A stretch of DNA of 26,595 nt from an uncultured Oscillospiraceae bacterium (GCA_964522835.1 CAZFXB010000003.1:1-26595); one strand, 5' to 3'. Shown: positions 17,168 through 25,162, numbered from the stretch's first letter. Numbers and translations: made by a program. Notes: a model not told the origin generated them from the sequence alone.

Positions 17168-17206
17168 TATTACAATCATTGTAATACACGAATCGTGTTG
17201 TGTCAA
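17168..17206 (-). promoter_or_regulatory. Early sigmaA promoter with two palindromic operators
   Basis: Minus strand TTGACA (17201-17206)-17 nt-TACAAT (17178-17183). Palindromes ACACGA-A-TCGTGT (17186-17198, in the spacer) and TATTACAAT-C-ATTGTAATA (17168-17186, over the -10). Confidence 0.85.
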
Positions 17207-17227
17207 GAAGATTTACCTAAATTTTCC

Positions 17228-17256
17228 TTTACTTTCCAAAATAGCCGTGCTAAACT
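17228..17256 (+). promoter_or_regulatory. Promoter of the repressor gene
   Basis: TTTACT-17 nt-TAAACT with extended TG. Confidence 0.65.
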
Positions 17257-17293
17257 ATGATGTGAAACGAGAAATCGGAAGGAGGCATGAAAA

Positions 17294-17632
17294 ATGGTGG
17301 GAATGCGGATTGCACAGCTTCGGCGGGAAAATAACATGACCCAGAGGGATCTGGCCCTGGCCCTGAATGTATCCCCCAGTGCCATTGGCATGTATGAACA
17401 GGGAAGGCGGCAGCCCTCGGCAGATTTAATCGTGAACATCTGTCAAACCTTCTCTGTCAGCACCCAATGGTTGCTCACTGGGCGGCCCTATACAGGCAGA
17501 GATTTTCAGGAGGATTTGAAAATGCTGCTGCAAACCCCTGGGCCTGAGGGAGAAACAAGGGTGGATTTGGAGGAAGTGGAGCATCTGCTGCGGGAACTGG
17601 GGAAAAGTTGTGCCGAAACCGGGATATCCTGA
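17294..17632 (+). CDS. Xre/Cro-CI family HTH repressor (112 aa, no S24 peptidase domain)
   Basis: RIAQLRRENNMTQRDLALALNVSPSAIGMYEQGRRQPS HTH_3 signature; divergent from the phage-like operon. Confidence 0.9.
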   Translation: MVGMRIAQLRRENNMTQRDLALALNVSPSAIGMYEQGRRQPSADLIVNICQTFSVSTQWLLTGRPYTGRDFQEDLKMLLQTPGPEGETRVDLEEVEHLLRELGKSCAETGIS

Positions 17633-17640
17633 AAAAATGC

Positions 17641-17669
17641 TTGATTTGTGGCGGAATATTGGGTATGAT
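17641..17669 (+). promoter_or_regulatory. sigmaA promoter of metG
   Basis: TTGATT-17 nt-TATGAT, 8 nt after the repressor stop codon. Confidence 0.65.
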
Positions 17670-17712
17670 AAAATGTACCGAAATACCGGAATTTTTTGAG
17701 GAGGGGATTTTT

Positions 17713-19668
17713 ATGGAAAAGAAATCCTATTATATATCCACCGCCATTGCGTACACCTCGGCCAAGCCCCACATTGGCAACACCTACGAGGTAATTCTGG
17801 CCGATGCCATTGCCCGCTATAAGAGAATGACCGGCTACGATGTTTACTTCCAGACCGGCACCGACGAGCATGGTCAGAAGATCCAGCAGAAGGCAGAGGC
17901 CGCCGGGATCACCCCCCAGCAGCACGTAGATAATGTTTCAACTGAGATTCGCCGGATCTGGGATCTGATGAACACCAGCTATGACAAGTTCGTTCGCACC
18001 TCCGACCCGGAGCACAAGGCCAAAGTGCAGAAGATTTTCAAGAAGATGTACGACAAGGGCGACATCTACAAGGGAAAATACGTGGGCAAGTACTGCACCC
18101 CCTGTGAAAGCTTCTGGACAGAGAGCCAGCTGGTGGACGGCAAATGCCCCGACTGCGGCCGTGAGTGCGTGGATGCGGAGGAGGAGGCTTACTTCTTCCG
18201 TATGAGCAAGTACGCTGACCGGCTCATGGACTACATCAACGAGCATCCCGACTTCATCCAGCCTGAGAGCCGGAAAAACGAGATGATTAACAACTTCCTA
18301 AAGCCCGGCCTCCAGGATCTGTGTGTGTCCAGAACCTCCTTCTCCTGGGGTATTCCTGTGGAGTTTGACCCCGGCCACGTGGTCTATGTGTGGCTGGATG
18401 CCCTGACTAACTACATTACCTTCTGTGGCTATGACCCCGATGGGAACCACGAGGAGCACTATAAGAAGTTCTGGCCTGCGGATGTACATCTCATCGGCAA
18501 GGACATTATCCGGTTCCACACCATCTATTGGCCCATCTTCCTGATGAGCCTGGGCGAGGAGCTGCCCAAGCAGGTATTCGGTCATCCCTGGCTGCTGGTG
18601 AACAACGGCAAGATGAGTAAGTCTGTGGGCAATGTGATCTATCCCGATGATCTGGTGGAGCTGTTCGGCGTAGATGCTGTCCGGTACTACGTGCTTCACG
18701 AGATGCCCTTTGCCAATGATGGCGTTCTGACCTACGAGCTGATGATCGAACGAATCAACTCCGAGCTGGCCAATATTCTGGGCAACCTGGTGAACCGTAC
18801 CATCGCCATGGATCAGAAATACTTTGGCGGCAAGATTATGAATCCCTGCGCCGGAGAGCCCGTGGACGAAGAGCTGAAGGCTGTTGCTCTGGCCATGCCG
18901 GAAAAGGTGGAGCAGAAAATGGCTGGCCTCCACGTGGCCGATGCCATCGACGAGATTTTTGTACTGCTGCGCCGGGCCAACAAATATATCGATGAGACCA
19001 TGCCCTGGGCCCTGGCCAAGGATCCTGCCAAGTCCGACCGACTGGGCACCGTGCTCTACAACCTGCTGGAGTCCATCCGGTTTGCAGCGGTCATGCTTGA
19101 GGCTTATCTGCCCGAAACTGCCCAGAAGATCTTTAAGCAGCTGAATGTGGAGAATCAGGGTGTGGAATCCCTCCGTGAGTTTGGCCAGATGCCTGTGGGC
19201 GAGTCCGTTGGCACCGCCGAGATTCTCTTCGCACGAATCGATGCCAAGAAAAAGCTGGAGGAAATCGAGGCCCAGAAGGCCGCTAAGGCTGCCGCCGAGG
19301 CAAAGCCCGAGGAGCCCCGGGAGGAGCCTGTCACCTTTAAGGAGAACATCAATTTTGATGACTTTGAGAAGGTGGACATGACCGTGGTAAAGGTTCTCGA
19401 ATGCGAGAATGTAAAGAAATCCAAGAAGCTCCTTCGGTTCACCCTGGACGACGGCAGCGGCACCCCCCGGCAGATTCTGTCCGGCATTGCCCAGTTCTAT
19501 AAGGCTGAGGAACTGGTAGGCAAGACCCTGGTGGCCGTCACCAACCTGGCCCCCAGAAAGATGATGGGTCTGGAGTCCTGCGGTATGCTGCTGTCTGCCG
19601 AAAAGGGCGAGGGTCTGAACCTGCTGATGCTGGATGACAGCATTCCCGCTGGTGCCAAGCTCTGCTAA
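17713..19668 (+). CDS. metG: Methionyl-tRNA synthetase with C-terminal tRNA-binding domain
   Basis: HIGN and KMSKS motifs, CTPC/CPDC knuckle, C-terminal OB domain (RQILSGIA...[17 protein letters not shown]). Start ATG 17713 after GAGGGG. Confidence 0.97.
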   Translation: MEKKSYYISTAIAYTSAKPHIGNTYEVILADAIARYKRMTGYDVYFQTGTDEHGQKIQQKAEAAGITPQQHVDNVSTEIRRIWDLMNTSYDKFVRTSDPEHKAKVQKIFKKMYDKGDIYKGKYVGKYCTPCESFWTESQLVDGKCPDCGRECVDAEEEAYFFRMSKYADRLMDYINEHPDFIQPESRKNEMINNFLKPGLQDLCVSRTSFSWGIPVEFDPGHVVYVWLDALTNYITFCGYDPDGNHEEHYKKFWPADVHLIGKDIIRFHTIYWPIFLMSLGEELPKQVFGHPWLLVNNGKMSKSVGNVIYPDDLVELFGVDAVRYYVLHEMPFANDGVLTYELMIERINSELANILGNLVNRTIAMDQKYFGGKIMNPCAGEPVDEELKAVALAMPEKVEQKMAGLHVADAIDEIFVLLRRANKYIDETMPWALAKDPAKSDRLGTVLYNLLESIRFAAVMLEAYLPETAQKIFKQLNVENQGVESLREFGQMPVGESVGTAEILFARIDAKKKLEEIEAQKAAKAAAEAKPEEPREEPVTFKENINFDDFEKVDMTVVKVLECENVKKSKKLLRFTLDDGSGTPRQILSGIAQFYKAEELVGKTLVAVTNLAPRKMMGLESCGMLLSAEKGEGLNLLMLDDSIPAGAKLC

Positions 19669-19679
19669 GAGGATTGAAT

Positions 19680-19922
19680 ATGCGTCTTGACAAGTATTTA
19701 AAAGTATCCCGTCTCATCAAACGCCGCACCGTGGCCAACGAGGCCTGCGACGGAGAGCGGGTCATGGTCAATGGCCGTACTGCTAAAGCCAGCTATGATG
19801 TAAAAATCGGAGATGTGCTGGAAATCCGTTTTGGTCAAAAAACGGTAAAGGTGGAGGTGCTGAATCTCAGCGAGTCCACCAAGAAGGCAGATGCGGTGGC
19901 CATGTATCGGGAGATTTCTTGA
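19680..19922 (+). CDS. rqcP: S4-domain RNA-binding protein YabO/RqcP (Hsp15-like)
   Basis: [45 protein letters not shown]. Confidence 0.9.
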   Translation: MRLDKYLKVSRLIKRRTVANEACDGERVMVNGRTAKASYDVKIGDVLEIRFGQKTVKVEVLNLSESTKKADAVAMYREIS

Positions 19923-19928
19923 TAAAAA

Positions 19929-20035
19929 TAGGGCTGTCTCGAGAGCTCAGACAATCCCAGGTGTCATATTCGTCCCAGTGGGACGGGTTGCCACAAGCGA
20001 CATGAGGGAAAGTTGCGGCTCAAGAGACAGCCCTA
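19929..20035. repeat. 107-bp element with 12-bp terminal inverted repeats (MITE-like or structured RNA)
   Basis: TAGGGCTGTCTC...GAGACAGCCCTA; further nested pairing (GAGC/GCTC, TCCC..TGTC/GACA..GGGA, CGTCCC/GGGACG). Confidence 0.55.
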
Positions 20036-20086
20036 CTGTTACAGCAGGAGAAAAGAAAGTCGTCTTGTTTTATCGGAGGCGATAAT

Positions 20087-20611
20087 ATGAAAGAAATGTA
20101 TCAAAGCGTTCAGAAAGAGAAAAAACAAGAGAAGCGGTGGAGCCTGAAAATCAGCGGAGCTGTGGCCACGGGACTAATTCTGGTGGTGGTATTGACGGTG
20201 CTGTGGGCCGTGCGGTATGAGCTGAACTACCGGGCGTATATCTCCTATCTCTCCAACAGCGAAACCTATGCCGTGGGCCACCACACCCTGCGGGCAAATG
20301 TGCAGGGTGATCTTGTCTGGGTCAAGGGCAGCAATGCCGAAAAGCTGTACGCCTACCTTCTGGTGGCCGGGAAAGGCCGGGTGGGCAACGGCCCGGCGGG
20401 ACAGCCGGAGATTGCCATGGAATTTGGAGACGGCGGAACACTAAAAATCTGGGAGACAGAGGGAAAATTCCACAGCTATGTCCTGTATCAGCACGAGGAT
20501 GGATATTCCTATGGGTATTATTCGGGACAGATATATGTGGGAACTGTAGCCACAAACTATCTGTCTCTGTCGGAAAATGTGGTATGGACAGGTGAACTGA
20601 ATATTAGCTAA
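20087..20611 (+). CDS. Hypothetical single-TM membrane protein (174 aa)
   Basis: GGAGG RBS; hydrophobic ISGAVATGLILVVVLTVLWAV. Confidence 0.75.
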   Translation: MKEMYQSVQKEKKQEKRWSLKISGAVATGLILVVVLTVLWAVRYELNYRAYISYLSNSETYAVGHHTLRANVQGDLVWVKGSNAEKLYAYLLVAGKGRVGNGPAGQPEIAMEFGDGGTLKIWETEGKFHSYVLYQHEDGYSYGYYSGQIYVGTVATNYLSLSENVVWTGELNIS

Positions 20612-20706
20612 GTCTTTATACAGTCTAAATGGATTATTCATAATTTATTCACGTTTTTAGGATATCATTACACCGCACAGGGACATGTGCGGAACGGAGA
20701 GATCAT

Positions 20707-21732
20707 GTGAAGCTGATAACCTTTGCGGTCCCCTGCTATAACAGTGCCGCTTATATGGAAAAATGTATAGAATCCCTGCTTTCCGGCGGGGACGAGGTGG
20801 AGATCATTCTGGTGGATGACGGCTCCACCAAAGACGACACCCCGGAGATCTGCGACCGATATGCCCGGCTGTATCCGGACATAATCCGTGCCATTCATCA
20901 GCCCAATGGCGGCCATGGCGAAGGGGTAAACCAGGGGCTGAAAAACGCCAGCGGCATATACTATAAGGTAGTAGATTCCGATGACTGGCTGGATCGAGAG
21001 GCGTTGCAGAAAACGCTCCGCAAGCTTCGGGAGCTTTCTCAGGGCGAGACACCCCTGGATATGATGATCCTCAACTACGTGTATGAGCACGTAGAGGACA
21101 ACACGAGCCACGCCGTGGGATATCACAACGTGTTCCCCAAGGACCGGATTTTTTCCTGGGAAGACTGCGGCAACTGGAAGCCGGGCCAGTACCTTTTGAT
21201 GCACTCGGTGATCTATCGGACAGAGCTTCTGAGAAACTGCGGGCTGGAGCTGCCAAAGCACACCTTTTATGTAGACAATATTTTCGTATATTATCCCCTG
21301 CCCCTGGTAAAAACCATGTACTATATGGATCTGGATCTGTACCGCTACTTTATCGGTCGGCAGGATCAGTCCGTCAACGAAAGTGTGATGGTAAGCCGAG
21401 TGGATCAGCAGATCCGGGTGACCCGGCTGATGTTCAGCTACTACAACATCCGGGAGCTGAAAAAGACCCAGCCGGAGCTGGCAAAGTATATGTTCCGTTA
21501 TCTTTCCATGATGCTGACCATCTGCAATACCCTGCTGAACCTGAAGGGAACCCCCGAGGCCATACAGCAGAAAAAAGAGCTGTGGCGGGAGCTTACCGAA
21601 AAGCATCCGGAGCTAAGATGTCGGCTACGGGCCTTTTCTCTGGCTGGTATCAGCAATGTGCCCGGATTCGTGGGCAGAAAAGCGGAGCTGGGGGTTTATC
21701 ACCTGGCAAACCGGGTATTCAAGTTCAACTGA
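20707..21732 (+). CDS. Family 2 glycosyltransferase
   Basis: ITFAVPCYNS, EIILVDDGS, NGGHGEGVNQG, VVDSDD, FYVDN motifs. Confidence 0.92.
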   Translation: MKLITFAVPCYNSAAYMEKCIESLLSGGDEVEIILVDDGSTKDDTPEICDRYARLYPDIIRAIHQPNGGHGEGVNQGLKNASGIYYKVVDSDDWLDREALQKTLRKLRELSQGETPLDMMILNYVYEHVEDNTSHAVGYHNVFPKDRIFSWEDCGNWKPGQYLLMHSVIYRTELLRNCGLELPKHTFYVDNIFVYYPLPLVKTMYYMDLDLYRYFIGRQDQSVNESVMVSRVDQQIRVTRLMFSYYNIRELKKTQPELAKYMFRYLSMMLTICNTLLNLKGTPEAIQQKKELWRELTEKHPELRCRLRAFSLAGISNVPGFVGRKAELGVYHLANRVFKFN

Positions 21733-21738
21733 GCATGT

Positions 21739-21766
21739 AAAAGGCCGCCCTTTGGGGCGGCTTTTT
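21739..21766. terminator. Intrinsic terminator after the GT2 gene
   Basis: AAAAGGCCGCCC-TTT-GGGGCGGCTTTTT. Confidence 0.8.
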
Positions 21767-21789
21767 GCTATGGACGGGCATACATGGAA

Positions 21790-22088
21790 GCACTGGTGCG
21801 GCAGCACCTTGCCTCGCCCCGCTGGGGAGAGGTGGCACGGCGTAAGCCGTGACGGAGAGGGGAAGAAAAGCAGTGCGTTTTTGCACTGGTGCGGCAGCAC
21901 CCAGAGCCTCCCTTGTGTAAAGGGAGGTGGCACGGCAATGCCGTGACGGAGGGATTGTGCAGTAGAATGCTGTGTATAGCAAGAACTTTTCGGCGAAGTC
22001 GTACTACGGTAGTCAATCCCTCAGTCAGCTGACGCTGACAGCTCAGCACAAGGCACTTCCTTCGGTCGCCTTTACACAAGGGAGCCTC
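21790..22088. repeat. Composite palindromic intergenic repeat array
   Basis: 19-bp direct repeat GCACTGGTGCGGCAGCACC at 21790 and 21883; duplicated GAGGTGGCACGGC..GCCGTGACGGAG; 16-bp inverted repeat CTCCCTTGTGTAAAGG (21908) / CCTTTACACAAGGGAG (22069). Confidence 0.75.
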
Positions 22089-22187
22089 CGGCTGGTGCAA
22101 ATTTGTTGGTTTGTACACAGTCCTTGTCGCCCACCATATCGTTGCGAATATAACAGTGTTTACGGGTTTACCCGGCCGGAAAAGTGC

Positions 22188-22215
22188 TTGCAATGGTGAC
22201 TATACGTGCTATAAT
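22188..22215 (+). promoter_or_regulatory. sigmaA promoter
   Basis: TTGCAA-16 nt-TATAAT with extended TG. Confidence 0.65.
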
Positions 22216-22239
22216 GAGGAAAGCTGGGGAGGAATGCAG

Positions 22240-22590
22240 ATGGAAAGCTGGTTTCCGATCATAATGCTGTGGCTTGTGGTCTTTTGGCTCCTGTGGAGCG
22301 AGAAAAAGGTCAAGGTTGCTGCGGCGGTACATCACAAACGGAAAACAAGAGAGGAGAGACGATCCATGGAAGAAATGGCGAAGCAATTTGTGGGCCAGGA
22401 TTGCATTGTATACACGGTGACCTCCAGCAGTGGAGAGATTCAGGGCACCCTGATCAGTGTTGGGGATGGAGGACTTCTGCTGAAGGACAAGAACAAGCAG
22501 AAGCAGGTCATCAATCTGGAGTATGTAACCAGAATCCGGGAATATCCCACCAATAAAAAAGAAAAAAAGAAAAGCATCATCACAGATTAA
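22240..22590 (+). CDS. Small membrane-anchored protein with Sm-like beta domain (DUF6897-like, 116 aa)
   Basis: GGAGG RBS, start MESWFPII; TM helix then 'FVGQDCIVYT...IQGTLISVGDGGLLL...INLEYVTRIREYP'. Confidence 0.7.
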   Translation: MESWFPIIMLWLVVFWLLWSEKKVKVAAAVHHKRKTREERRSMEEMAKQFVGQDCIVYTVTSSSGEIQGTLISVGDGGLLLKDKNKQKQVINLEYVTRIREYPTNKKEKKKSIITD

Positions 22591-22595
22591 GCCGC

Positions 22596-22680
22596 AACGC
22601 CGCCGACCAGGAACCGAAAGGAACCAGGTCGGCGGCGTTTTTTGTAAACAGAAAGCGGTCTCGACACAGACCGCTTTCTG
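22596..22680. terminator. Two back-to-back 13-bp stem-loops terminating convergent genes
   Basis: AACGCCGCCGACC/GGTCGGCGGCGTT plus T-run; CAGAAAGCGGTCT/AGACCGCTTTCTG. Confidence 0.75.
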
Positions 22681-22718
22681 ATATATATCTTAATGACTGT
22701 GAAGGAAGTGGAGTATAT

Positions 22719-22955
22719 TTATGGATTACGGCGAGAAATGTCTTTCTCCACATTATGTTCCAACAAGTAATCGGTAGAGGTGTGGTATAAATCGGCAAGT
22801 TTGAGCAGTAAATGTACAGGAATTTCACGTTTTCCTGTTTCGTAATTACTGTAAACACGCTGGTCAATCCCAAGGTAGGCAGCGACTTCTTTTTGGACCA
22901 TGTCGTGATCCTCTCGCATATCACGAAGCCGGCGATAGTAATACAAAATGGTCAC
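22719..22955 (-). CDS. Xre-family HTH regulator (78 aa)
   Basis: RLRDMREDHDMVQKEVAAYLGIDQRVYSNYETGKREIP. Confidence 0.88.
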   Translation of the reverse strand: MTILYYYRRLRDMREDHDMVQKEVAAYLGIDQRVYSNYETGKREIPVHLLLKLADLYHTSTDYLLEHNVEKDISRRNP

Positions 22956-22977
22956 TCCTTTCGCATGGAGTATAACC

Positions 22978-23024
22978 TACTATCGAACAATAGTACTTGA
23001 CTTACTATCAAATGATGGTAAAAT
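22978..23024 (+). promoter_or_regulatory. Promoter with two 18-bp operators
   Basis: TTGACT (22997)-16 nt-TAAAAT (23019) with TG extension; TACTATCGAACAATAGTA (22978-22995) and TACTATCAAATGATGGTA (23003-23020). Confidence 0.7.
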
Positions 23025-23065
23025 AGAGTCAAGGCTGGAGACAGCAAAGGAATTTGTAGAGAGGA

Positions 23066-24028
23066 ATGAAAACGATGAATGAACAACAATGTCAGCTGAG
23101 TTCAACAAATATTACACAGAATGTAGATAAAACGCTAATGGACTATCTCAAAGAGGTTGCTGGGCTGGAATGTAGACTATGGATGCAGGGACGGTTGATC
23201 AGCAGTCTATCGTTCAAAGCGAATAGACTAGGGAAACAGAAAGAGATCAAATATCCGTATAAGCCAGAGCTCATAGATGATGACACAATGGCCGGGTTTG
23301 CATTAGGGGGGATGGTTTTCGGATTTATTTTACTTGTGGGACTTGTAGTATTTGCGGTGACAGGTAAAGGCACAGGACTATTAGATTGTCTATTAGATTA
23401 TGCGTTAATTGGTTCTCCACTTCTTCTATTGGCGGGGGCCGGATTTGTAAAATCCTTGGTAAAATGGTTGTATGAATTACCTGGTTATCACAGGTAAGTG
23501 GCGAAATGCGATCAGGCTGTTGCTAAAGACAACGCCCGGGTTGCTCGTGAAAATGTATTAAAGGCAGAGATCAAGCGACAAATTAGCAGTGTGAAGGAAG
23601 AACAAGCAAAAACAAAGAATGCACTCAATGCGATTTATTCCCTGGAAATAATTCACCCAAGCTATCGTAATCTTGTGGCGGTTTCTACCTTCTATGATTA
23701 CTTTGATAAGGGGATTTGTGTTTCACTTTCGGGACGAGATGGAGCATATGCGTTTTATGAAGAGGCACTTCGATTCCAGAGAATCGAAACAAAGCTGGAC
23801 GTAATTATCAGCAAGCTGGATGAAATCAGCGAAAATCAGAGGTACATTGCTGAGCTGGTTCGTGAAGGAAACGCATCGCTCAGGCGGATTGAAAAACAAA
23901 ATGATCGGATGATTTCTCAGCAGAGTGAAATTGTGGAGAATACAGCCCTTACGGAATACAACACTCGCTGTAGTGCGGAGAGCATGGCGGCAATCGAGGC
24001 CATTGAGATTTATCGAGTGCTGTGCTGA
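23066..24028 (+). pseudogene. 2-TM coiled-coil hypothetical gene interrupted by one in-frame TAA (23495-23497)
   Basis: The 143-aa and 176-aa ORFs are in the same frame and abut (CAC AGG TAA GTG GCG); no properly spaced RBS for the second. Confidence 0.6.
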
Positions 24029-24060
24029 TGTAAATAGGAGTGTATCTTGAACGACCTGCA

Positions 24061-24116
24061 AATCTGGAGTACCCACCAATAAAAAAGGAAAAAAGAAAAG
24101 CGTGATTGTGGACTAA
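24061..24116 (+). repeat. Displaced duplicate of the 3' end of gene 22240-22590
   Basis: 24072-24101 matches 22546-22575 at 29/30 nt; AATCTGGAGTA also shared (24061 vs 22513); reads PTNKKGKKKSVIVD* versus PTNKKEKKKSIITD*. Confidence 0.8.
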
Positions 24117-24122
24117 ACAAGA

Positions 24123-24152
24123 CCCCGCCGGAGCCTCCTGGCTCCGGCGGGG
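24123..24152. terminator. Stem-loop terminator downstream of the rubrerythrin gene and the duplicated gene end
   Basis: Perfect 13-bp stem CCCCGCCGGAGCC / GGCTCCGGCGGGG. Confidence 0.7.
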
Positions 24153-24173
24153 GTAATTATTTTATAGGGGATA

Positions 24174-24716
24174 TTAGCCGAAGTACCGCTTCAGCAGGCC
24201 CTCAAAAGCCTTGCCGTGGCGGGCCTCGTCACGAGCCATCTCGTGAACAGTGTCGTGGATGGCATCCAGGTTCAGAGCCTTGGCACGCTTGGCCAGGTCG
24301 AACTTGCCATTGGTGGCACCCAGCTCAGCATCGATGCGGAGCTCCAGGTTCTTCTTGGTGGAGGGGGTGATGACCTCGCCCAGGAGCTCAGCGAACTTAG
24401 CGGCGTGCTCAGCTTCTTCGAGACCTGCCTTCTCCCAGTACAGGCCGATTTCAGGATAGCCCTCACGGTGAGCCACACGAGCCATAGCCAGGTACATGCC
24501 TACCTCAGTGCACTCAGCCTCAAAGTTGGCACGGAGATCAGCCTTGATATCCTCGGGAACATCGGAGGCTACGCCTACTACGTGCTCAGCCATATAGCCC
24601 ACGGACTCTTCCTGCTTGACGAACTTATCGGGGCCTACGCCGCAGAGGGGACATTTTTCGGGAGCGGAATCGCCCTCGTGAACATAACCACATACAGTAC
24701 ATACATACTTTGCCAT
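24174..24716 (-). CDS. Reverse rubrerythrin (N-terminal rubredoxin-like domain + ferritin-like diiron domain)
   Basis: CTVCGY...CPLC; E-x-x-H diiron motifs EEAEHA and DEARHG. Confidence 0.92.
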   Translation of the reverse strand: MAKYVCTVCGYVHEGDSAPEKCPLCGVGPDKFVKQEESVGYMAEHVVGVASDVPEDIKADLRANFEAECTEVGMYLAMARVAHREGYPEIGLYWEKAGLEEAEHAAKFAELLGEVITPSTKKNLELRIDAELGATNGKFDLAKRAKALNLDAIHDTVHEMARDEARHGKAFEGLLKRYFG

Positions 24717-24753
24717 AATCATTTACCTCCAGATTTTTTGTTGTTTTTATTGT

Positions 24754-25143
24754 TTATTGAATTGCTGTTTTTCTACAGTGGGGACACTGTCCCTGGAGCC
24801 GGAGGGAGATACCGGAAATGAGATAGCCGGTTTGCTCCTCGGCCTGGGCAGTGAGGCCCTGGGGAAGCTCCAGAATCAGATCCACTACAGTGCCGCATCC
24901 GGTACAAACCAGGTGCGGGTGGGAAGAAACATCTGCATCGAACCGTTCCTGGCCGTCCACAACGCCAACGGACTGGATAAGACCTGCCGCCTTGAGCTGA
25001 GAGAGATTGCGGTAGACCGTGCCCAGGCTCAGATCCGGATACACCGGCTGAAGCTGACTATAGATCCAATCAGCAGTGGGATGGGACTTGGTGTGCTGGA
25101 GACAGTCGTAGATCGCTTGTCTTTTCTTGCTGAATCGCTGCAT
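24754..25143 (-). CDS. perR: Fur-family regulator, PerR-like
   Basis: HPTADWIY, LSLGTVYRNL, HPHLVCTGCG...CPHC; immediately upstream of reverse rubrerythrin. Confidence 0.8.
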   Translation of the reverse strand: MQRFSKKRQAIYDCLQHTKSHPTADWIYSQLQPVYPDLSLGTVYRNLSQLKAAGLIQSVGVVDGQERFDADVSSHPHLVCTGCGTVVDLILELPQGLTAQAEEQTGYLISGISLRLQGQCPHCRKTAIQ

Positions 25144-25162
25144 CAGGAGCTCCTTTCTTGTT

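Larger units (their letters stand above)
3667..17632 (-). mobile_element. Phage-derived, apparently non-mobile cluster (PBSX-like / GTA-like head + contractile tail) with its own repressor switch
   Basis: Continuous ordered head-neck-tail-baseplate operon plus early regulators and divergent Xre. No integrase, replication, lysis or fibre ORF and no flanking direct repeats seen. Confidence 0.85.

Noticed and set aside
17186-17200. Possible LexA/DinR box in the early promoter
   Set aside because: GAAT-N3-GTTG does not fit GAAC-N4-GTTC; better explained as a repressor palindrome.
3667-17632. Interpretation as a complete temperate prophage, or as a tailocin/eCIS
   Set aside because: No integrase, att, replication or lysis genes for the first; terminases, portal, protease and capsid exclude a headless tail system. 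A very recent deletion remnant cannot be fully excluded.
17633-17712. T-box or other riboswitch upstream of metG
   Set aside because: Leader after the predicted -10 is only about 40 nt; no T-box motif or terminator.
19929-20035. Assignment as SRP RNA or 6S RNA
   Set aside because: No SRP domain IV motif seen and shorter than typical 6S RNA; left unassigned.
21790-21901. CRISPR-like direct repeats
   Set aside because: Only two 19-bp copies, the spacers are themselves related hairpins, and no cas genes are present.
24029-24083. Tiny TTG-start ORF after an AGGAG
   Set aside because: 11 codons, out of frame with the duplicated gene end; no support for translation.
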